Positions 58,156-64,000 of a stretch of DNA of 64,000 nt are shown here, in pieces. Where the stretch lies: contig CAYVUR010000001.1 of assembly GCA_964455185.1 (NCBI GenBank), positions 3,892 through 67,891 of the forward strand, read 5' to 3'. The notes beneath the pieces are model-generated. The model saw only the letters and a program-made list of their open reading frames with translations. It was not told the DNA's origin and did no database searches. The translations under genes were made by a program, and so were the position numbers. Each line of letters starts with the position of its first letter. Position 1 is the stretch's first letter. This DNA is from an uncultured Gammaproteobacteria bacterium (lineage in GTDB: Bacteria > Patescibacteriota > Patescibacteriia > 2-01-FULL-39-33).

Positions 58156-60213
58156 ATGGCTGCTTTATCGGATAAAATCGGAGAATTAAATCCGTTTGCC
58201 AAGAAATTATCAAAAAAATTACAACGTTTAGGAATTGAGACCATAGAAGATCTCATTTTTTATTATCCTTATCGTTATGAAAATTTTTCAGTGTTATCTG
58301 AAATTTCAAAATTAACAATAGGACAAGAAGCTGTTGTTTGGGGAAGATTAGAACTTATTGCTTCACGACGTAGTTTACGTCAACGTAAATATCTTACAGA
58401 AGCAGTAATTTCTGACACTTCTGGGTCAATAAAAATAATTTGGTTTAATCAACCTTGGCTAACTAAAACACTCAAACCCGGAGATCGTTTATTGGTTTAT
58501 GGAAAGATAGCGGGAGATGTTTTTAATATTTATTTTAATTCTCCTAATTGGCAAAAAGTTGATTTTAATAAAAAACCAGAACCCCTAGGAATTTTACCAG
58601 TTTATCCATTAACCGCCGGCATAACTTCTAAACAGATTTTTTCTTTAGTAGAAACAGCTTTAATAAAGTATAAAGAGTTTATTAAAGATTTTTTACCACA
58701 AAAGATAATTGAAGACTATAAACTTAAAGAATTGTTTTGGTCTATTAAACAAATACATAAACCTACTAATTTAGATAATTTATCTTTAGCGCAATATCGA
58801 CTTTCTTTTGATGAACTTTTATTTTTACAATTAAAATCACAATTATCACGACGAAAATTAAAAGCATTAAAAGCACCACAAATTAATTTTAATGAAGCAA
58901 AAACTAAAGAATTAGTTAATTCTTTGCCTTTTAATTTAACTGCTGATCAAAAAAAGTCAGCTTGGGAAATAATTAAAGATATTGGTAAAACTGAACCGAT
59001 GAACCGATTACTTGAAGGAGATGTTGGTTCTGGTAAAACTTTAGTTGCTATAATATCTATGCATGCTACTTTTGTTGCTGGTTGGCAAACTGCTTTAATG
59101 ACTCCCACAGAAATATTAGCAACCCAACATTATCAAACAATTAGAAAGGTTTTAAAATTTTCTGGCGCCAAAATTGGTTTATTAACTGCTAACAGAAAAA
59201 TTATTAATGATGTTAAGGTAAATAAAAAAGATTTTTTGCAAGCTTGTTTATTAGGTGAAATAGATATAATAATAGGAACTCATTCTTTAATACAATCAGA
59301 AATTAATTTCAAAAAATTAGCTTTAGTTATTGTTGATGAACAACATCGTTTTGGCGTTAGACAAAGACAAGAATTAAAAAATAAAGGAGAATTAACCCCT
59401 CATTTTCTATCTTTAACTGCTACGCCTATACCTCGAACTATGGCATTAATTGCTTATGGAGATTTAGATATTTCTTTAATTAAACAACCACCTCAAGGTA
59501 GATTACCAATTATTACTAAAGTTGTTTCGCCGCAACAAAGAAATATGGCTTACGATTTTATTAATAAACAGGTAGCTCGGGGTAGACAAGTTTTTGTTAT
59601 TTGTCCTTTGATTGATCCCTCTGATAAATTAGGAGTTAAATCAGTAAAAGAAGAATATATGAAGTTAGATAAAGAAGTATTTCCTCATTTTTCAGTGGGC
59701 TTGTTACATGGCCGTTTGAAGCCTTCAGAAAAGGAACAAATAATGAATGATTTTACTGCTGGAAAAATTAAAATTTTAGTAGCAACTTCCGTAATTGAGG
59801 TTGGTGTAGACGTTCCTAATGCTACTGTTATGATGATTGAAGGAGCAGAGCGATTTGGTTTAGCTCAACTACATCAATTTCGTGGACGTGTAGGAAGAGG
59901 AAAATTTCAATCTTATTGTTTTTTATTTACCAATTCTTCAGATGAAAAAACAATTAAACGTCTTAATTTTATTGCTCATAATAATGATGGTTTTTCTTTA
60001 GCAGAATATGATTTAAAATTAAGAGGCTCAGGAAATTTATATGGCGTAGAACAATCAGGATTTATTTCCGGACTAAAATTAGCTGATATTAATAATGTAG
60101 CATTAATAAAACAAGTTTCAAACGTTGCTAAAGAGTTGATTGATAAAATAAACAATTTTCCTGAATTATTAGATAAAATAGAAAAATTAGGATTAATTGA
60201 TCATTGGGAGTAA
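58156..60213 (+). CDS. recG: ATP-dependent DNA helicase RecG
   Basis: MNRLLEGDVGSGKT, DEQHRFGV, TATPIPRT, QFRGRVGR. Confidence 0.97.
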   Translation: MAALSDKIGELNPFAKKLSKKLQRLGIETIEDLIFYYPYRYENFSVLSEISKLTIGQEAVVWGRLELIASRRSLRQRKYLTEAVISDTSGSIKIIWFNQPWLTKTLKPGDRLLVYGKIAGDVFNIYFNSPNWQKVDFNKKPEPLGILPVYPLTAGITSKQIFSLVETALIKYKEFIKDFLPQKIIEDYKLKELFWSIKQIHKPTNLDNLSLAQYRLSFDELLFLQLKSQLSRRKLKALKAPQINFNEAKTKELVNSLPFNLTADQKKSAWEIIKDIGKTEPMNRLLEGDVGSGKTLVAIISMHATFVAGWQTALMTPTEILATQHYQTIRKVLKFSGAKIGLLTANRKIINDVKVNKKDFLQACLLGEIDIIIGTHSLIQSEINFKKLALVIVDEQHRFGVRQRQELKNKGELTPHFLSLTATPIPRTMALIAYGDLDISLIKQPPQGRLPIITKVVSPQQRNMAYDFINKQVARGRQVFVICPLIDPSDKLGVKSVKEEYMKLDKEVFPHFSVGLLHGRLKPSEKEQIMNDFTAGKIKILVATSVIEVGVDVPNATVMMIEGAERFGLAQLHQFRGRVGRGKFQSYCFLFTNSSDEKTIKRLNFIAHNNDGFSLAEYDLKLRGSGNLYGVEQSGFISGLKLADINNVALIKQVSNVAKELIDKINNFPELLDKIEKLGLIDHWE

Positions 60214-60223
60214 AAATATACAA

Positions 60224-61561
60224 TTATTTTAAGATATTAATTGCTTTTTTAATATTATTTAAATTTTCAATTTTTATTTTAGATTTTGAAAAAAAGTTTT
60301 TTAATTGAGGTATTAAAGCGGAAACAAAACCCATTTTTTCTGCCTCAATTATTCTTTTTTCTAGTTGTGATACTGATCTAATTTCTCCTGATAAACCTAC
60401 TTCTCCTAAGATTATAGTTTTAGCAGGTAGAGTTTTTTCTAAAAAAGCAGAAACGATAGCTAAACAAACAGCTAAATCAGCAGCAGTTTCTTTAATTTTG
60501 AAACCGCCAGCAACATTGATATAAACATCGTAATTATTAAGATTTATTTTAGAATTTTTTGATAAAACAGCTAAAAGCATTTGTAAACGATTAAGATCAA
60601 ATCCATTAGCTCGGCGTTGCGGATAGCCAAAAAAAGTTTTAGCTGTTAACGCTTGAATTTCTATAAGAAATGGTCTGCTTCCTTCTATAACTATAGTAGT
60701 GGCTATTCCGCATCTATTAATATCTAATTCTTTATCTATAAAAGCTTGGCTAGGATTATTAATTTCTAATAGTCCTGTTGTAGACATTTCAAAAACGCCA
60801 ATTTCGCCAGTTGATCCAAAACGATTTTTTACTGATCTAAGTATACGATAAAAATTATTATTATCATTTTCTAAATAGAGTACAACGTCAACTAAATGTT
60901 CTAAAGTTTTAGGTCCAGCCACATACCCATCTTTAGTAACATGTCCAATAACTAAAATTGGTATGTTTTGAGTTTTAGCTAAGCTTATTAATTTAGTTGT
61001 ACAAGCAGTTATTTGTGATACACTCCCAACTGAACCAGAAACTTCTTGGGAGTAGATTGTTTGTATTGAATCTATAATTAAAAATTGAGGTTTAATTTTA
61101 TTAGTTGTAGCTATTATTTTATCAATATCAGTTTGTGCTAAAAAATTTATTTTTTTAGTATCAATTCCTAATCTAATTACTCGAGAAGCAACTTGTGAAG
61201 CAGACTCTTCTCCTGAAACATAAAGAGCATTGTTTAAGTTTTGAATTATTTGTAGAGCTAAAGTAGATTTACCAATTCCCGGATCTCCGCCAAGTAAAAT
61301 AAAAGATCCTAAAACTATACCCCCACCAAGAACTCGGTCAACTTCTTTTATTTTAGTGGTTAAGCGAAAATTTTCTGTTTCAGTTAAAGAAGCTAAATTA
61401 ATTGGAGTTTCTGGTGAGATTAAATTTTTAGTTTTAGGTTTTGTAGAAATAATTTCTTCATTAAGAGTTCCCCAAGAACCACATTCTAAACAGCGTCCTT
61501 GCCATTTAAGATATTGAGCGCCACATTTAGAGCAGAAAAAAATAGTTTGATTATTTTTCAT
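60224..61561 (-). CDS. radA: DNA repair protein RadA/Sms
   Basis: CxxC...CxxC, GDPGIGKST, KNRFG, Lon-like C-terminus GEVGLSGEIR. Confidence 0.97.
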   Translation of the reverse strand: MKNNQTIFFCSKCGAQYLKWQGRCLECGSWGTLNEEIISTKPKTKNLISPETPINLASLTETENFRLTTKIKEVDRVLGGGIVLGSFILLGGDPGIGKSTLALQIIQNLNNALYVSGEESASQVASRVIRLGIDTKKINFLAQTDIDKIIATTNKIKPQFLIIDSIQTIYSQEVSGSVGSVSQITACTTKLISLAKTQNIPILVIGHVTKDGYVAGPKTLEHLVDVVLYLENDNNNFYRILRSVKNRFGSTGEIGVFEMSTTGLLEINNPSQAFIDKELDINRCGIATTIVIEGSRPFLIEIQALTAKTFFGYPQRRANGFDLNRLQMLLAVLSKNSKINLNNYDVYINVAGGFKIKETAADLAVCLAIVSAFLEKTLPAKTIILGEVGLSGEIRSVSQLEKRIIEAEKMGFVSALIPQLKNFFSKSKIKIENLNNIKKAINILK

Positions 61562-61568
61562 GAAATTA

Positions 61569-62423
61569 TTATCCTTGATCTATGTGCCAACAATTATTTT
61601 CCGGTTTATATTCATTAATAATTCTTATTGTTGGATAAATAGTTCCTCCTATATTAACATTATTTAAAATATATCCCGGTTGCCCTTTATATTGAAAGTC
61701 TGGAGTTTCATTGGCGATAAGATTTCCAAAATATTGATTTGTTTGCTCATTTCTAGGAAAGTCAGCCGCTGTTCCATGAGCATGTCTTGAGCCAGTATCA
61801 TAAGGTCTAAAAACTGAAGTTGGATTAGCTCCAGTAGCCGAGCTTATAGTTTTAATTATTGCTTGAGTTTCTGGCGTAGCTCCAGTTAAATTTAATGGGA
61901 CATTGCTATTAATATTTCCTTCATGTTCGTATTTACCAATACTTTCTTCATGTTTTTGACTCATCACATCATAATTACTCGTGACTTGAATATCTTTTAT
62001 CTCTGGCATATTAATATTAGTCAAAGAAGGATTAATTAAACTAATAATTAAATAAGAACCAAAAGCTAATACTAACCCAGTAACAGCAGAAAAAATAGTA
62101 TCTTGAGCATCACTAATTTGTTTAGGGTCACCTCTAGAAGCCAACCATTTAAAGCCGCCCCACATTATTATAATAGTAGCAATAATGCCAACTGTTCCCA
62201 GTAAAAGATTGTACCAAGCTTTAAAATAATCTCCTAATAATGAACCCTTAACTTGTCCACCAGTAACATTGCCAACAGGAACATTGAGTTGAATTGAAAT
62301 ATCGTTATAATTGTTGTCAGTTTGGCTCTTTGATGAAGCTTTTGCTGGTGGATCTAATGCTAAAACTGTTGTAGCAGGAATTAATAAATAAAAAATAAAT
62401 ATTGTTAAAATTATTTTTTTCAT
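61569..62423 (-). CDS. Secreted T4SS pilin-like (TrbC/VirB2-type) protein fused to an M15-like Zn peptidase domain
   Basis: Signal peptide; TM hairpin IIMWGGFKWLASRGD...A...I.SAV.GLVLAFGSYLIISLINP; C-terminal SVFR...SRHAHGTAAD...WHID. Confidence 0.8.
   Translation of the reverse strand: MKKIILTIFIFYLLIPATTVLALDPPAKASSKSQTDNNYNDISIQLNVPVGNVTGGQVKGSLLGDYFKAWYNLLLGTVGIIATIIIMWGGFKWLASRGDPKQISDAQDTIFSAVTGLVLAFGSYLIISLINPSLTNINMPEIKDIQVTSNYDVMSQKHEESIGKYEHEGNINSNVPLNLTGATPETQAIIKTISSATGANPTSVFRPYDTGSRHAHGTAADFPRNEQTNQYFGNLIANETPDFQYKGQPGYILNNVNIGGTIYPTIRIINEYKPENNCWHIDQG
61956..62320. repeat. 365-bp direct repeat, copy 1
   Basis: Identical by inspection to 63048-63412 (offset 1092). Confidence 0.92.
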
Positions 62424-62426
62424 ATT

Positions 62427-63482
62427 TTATTGACAATTAACCCCAGCTTGTTCTATTAATTTATCATTTCCCTCAGCTTCACTAGCCGCCATAATATCAG
62501 CATTCATTTGGGGTCTACCTGTTTTTTGTAACTGAATATAATATTGGCTGTTTAATATTTCTTTTCCAGCTTGTTCAAAATTATTTTCTCTAATAGCTGT
62601 CCACATATTATTGAAATTATTAAGTGAGGCTCCTCCCATATTATAAGCCATATCAGTTAGAACAACTTGTCTTCCAGCTGAAAGATTATCAAAATTGACT
62701 CCATGTTCGCTAGCTATTTCTCTAGCTTGATTTTGATATTTTTCGTAATCACTTGCTAGAATTTTTCTTGCTTCCTCTTCTGTGCCATTAAAAGTTTCTC
62801 CTGGCTGTATTTGATGTCCAAAATAAATATCTTGAGTGTCTGTTTGGATTGGGTCAGTATAAGGAGTAGTGCTATAACCTTCATGAGAAGCAATATAGGC
62901 CATGCCATAATTTCTCTCTCCTTTATCATTTTGTGGACAAGGTACTTTAGGTCCATTATTTTTATTTTCTGGCGTGGATTGTCCTAATTGACCATTAGTT
63001 GGAGTTGTTTGGGATAAAGAATTGTAATTATTACCTTTACTATAACCTTGACTCATCACATCATAATTACTCGTGACTTGAATATCTTTTATCTCTGGCA
63101 TATTAATATTAGTCAAAGAAGGATTAATTAAACTAATAATTAAATAAGAACCAAAAGCTAATACTAACCCAGTAACAGCAGAAAAAATAGTATCTTGAGC
63201 ATCACTAATTTGTTTAGGGTCACCTCTAGAAGCCAACCATTTAAAGCCGCCCCACATTATTATAATAGTAGCAATAATGCCAACTGTTCCCAGTAAAAGA
63301 TTGTACCAAGCTTTAAAATAATCTCCTAATAATGAACCCTTAACTTGTCCACCAGTAACATTGCCAACAGGAACATTGAGTTGAATTGAAATATCGTTAT
63401 AATTGTTGTCAGCAGCTAACACTCTTAATAGTGGTGGAATTAATAATAACAAAGTAATTAATACAAAAAATATTTTTTTCAT
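62427..63482 (-). CDS. Secreted T4SS pilin-like protein fused to a GH24 (T4/phage-type) lysozyme domain
   Basis: Same pilin core; HEGYSTTPYTD (E-x8-D), FGH, RQVVLTDMAYNMG, F.NMW.AI...NFEQAGKEIL.S.YY.Q...R. Confidence 0.83.
   Translation of the reverse strand: MKKIFFVLITLLLLIPPLLRVLAADNNYNDISIQLNVPVGNVTGGQVKGSLLGDYFKAWYNLLLGTVGIIATIIIMWGGFKWLASRGDPKQISDAQDTIFSAVTGLVLAFGSYLIISLINPSLTNINMPEIKDIQVTSNYDVMSQGYSKGNNYNSLSQTTPTNGQLGQSTPENKNNGPKVPCPQNDKGERNYGMAYIASHEGYSTTPYTDPIQTDTQDIYFGHQIQPGETFNGTEEEARKILASDYEKYQNQAREIASEHGVNFDNLSAGRQVVLTDMAYNMGGASLNNFNNMWTAIRENNFEQAGKEILNSQYYIQLQKTGRPQMNADIMAASEAEGNDKLIEQAGVNCQ
63048..63412. repeat. 365-bp direct repeat, copy 2
   Basis: Identical by inspection to 61956-62320. 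Confidence 0.92.
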
Positions 63483-63492
63483 AGATAGTTTA

Positions 63493-64000
63493 TTATAAAG
63501 GTAGATTTATTTGATAAATTCTATTATCGTTTTTTTCTGAAAAAAAGATTTTTCCCGGATTAGAATTTGAATACATAATATTTTCTATTGTTTTAGTGCC
63601 TTGTGGCTTAGCTATCATTTTCATATCTCCAGTTGCCAGATCTATTAGCCAAATATCATCTTGTACTTTATCAACCTCAGATCTATTAAGTCCAGCTCCA
63701 ATTGGCATTTCTTCTGGTACGCCGCAAAAAACAAAACGATCTTCTGCAAAAGTACATTTATCAACAAAAGTTTTGAGTGGTATAGGACTTCTGAAAGCTC
63801 CAATATTTTCTCCTGAAGCCGCTGAAATCCACAGAGATGGGCGATAATAATCATTTACATCATAAGTGCTATAAAGCATATAATTTCCTGAGGGTGACCA
63901 TTTTCCTGCAAACCCTCTACCTTGAACAATCATTGATTTAAAATTTTCTTTGTTTTGTCCAATAAAATAAACTTCTGAACGAGAGCTATCTTTGCCTTCA
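63493..64000 (-). CDS. Beta-propeller-like (TolB/WD40-type) protein, 5'-truncated by window
   Basis: Frame remains open to the window edge; WSPSGNYMLY, DIWLIDLATG, IYQINL blade-like motifs. Confidence 0.65.
   Translation of the reverse strand, partial: EGKDSSRSEVYFIGQNKENFKSMIVQGRGFAGKWSPSGNYMLYSTYDVNDYYRPSLWISAASGENIGAFRSPIPLKTFVDKCTFAEDRFVFCGVPEEMPIGAGLNRSEVDKVQDDIWLIDLATGDMKMIAKPQGTKTIENIMYSNSNPGKIFFSEKNDNRIYQINLPL

Noticed and set aside
61956-63412. Repeat pair as a diversity-generating retroelement TR/VR or IS ends
   Set aside because: No adenine-specific mismatches, and no reverse transcriptase or transposase in the window
62427-63482. Lysozyme as evidence of a prophage
   Set aside because: It is fused to a signal peptide and pilin-like core; no other phage genes nearby

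Overview
AT-rich bacterial chromosomal segment that reads cleanly in genetic code 11. Gene content and style (alpha2-type GlyRS, long tmRNA tag, tRNA-Arg(GCG), few Shine-Dalgarno motifs, giant secreted Cys-rich protein) point to a Patescibacteria/CPR (Parcubacteria-like) genome; that placement is inference. About two thirds is housekeeping: murE end, rpoBC, ftsK, recA, efp, rpsF-ssb-rpsR, smpB-tmRNA-infC-rpmI-rplT, glyQS, parAB, rel, topA-dprA, pth-der, rsmA, recG, radA and six tRNAs. Most notable: (i) a ~20 kb conjugation-type T4SS-like cluster (37413-57251) with a 3288-aa Cys-rich/CBM-like surface protein, VirB6-like, PrgI, VirB4 and VirB8-like genes running into comF, with no relaxase or integrase in view; (ii) two tandem secreted pilin-like genes (61569-63482) sharing an apparently identical 365-bp core but carrying unrelated cell-wall hydrolase domains (GH24 lysozyme vs M15 peptidase); (iii) unannotated structured RNA candidates, especially a promoter- and terminator-bounded long hairpin with an anti-Shine-Dalgarno loop (32090-32220) and a four-way-junction RNA upstream of rpsF. 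All calls were made by eye from motifs; no database searches were run.
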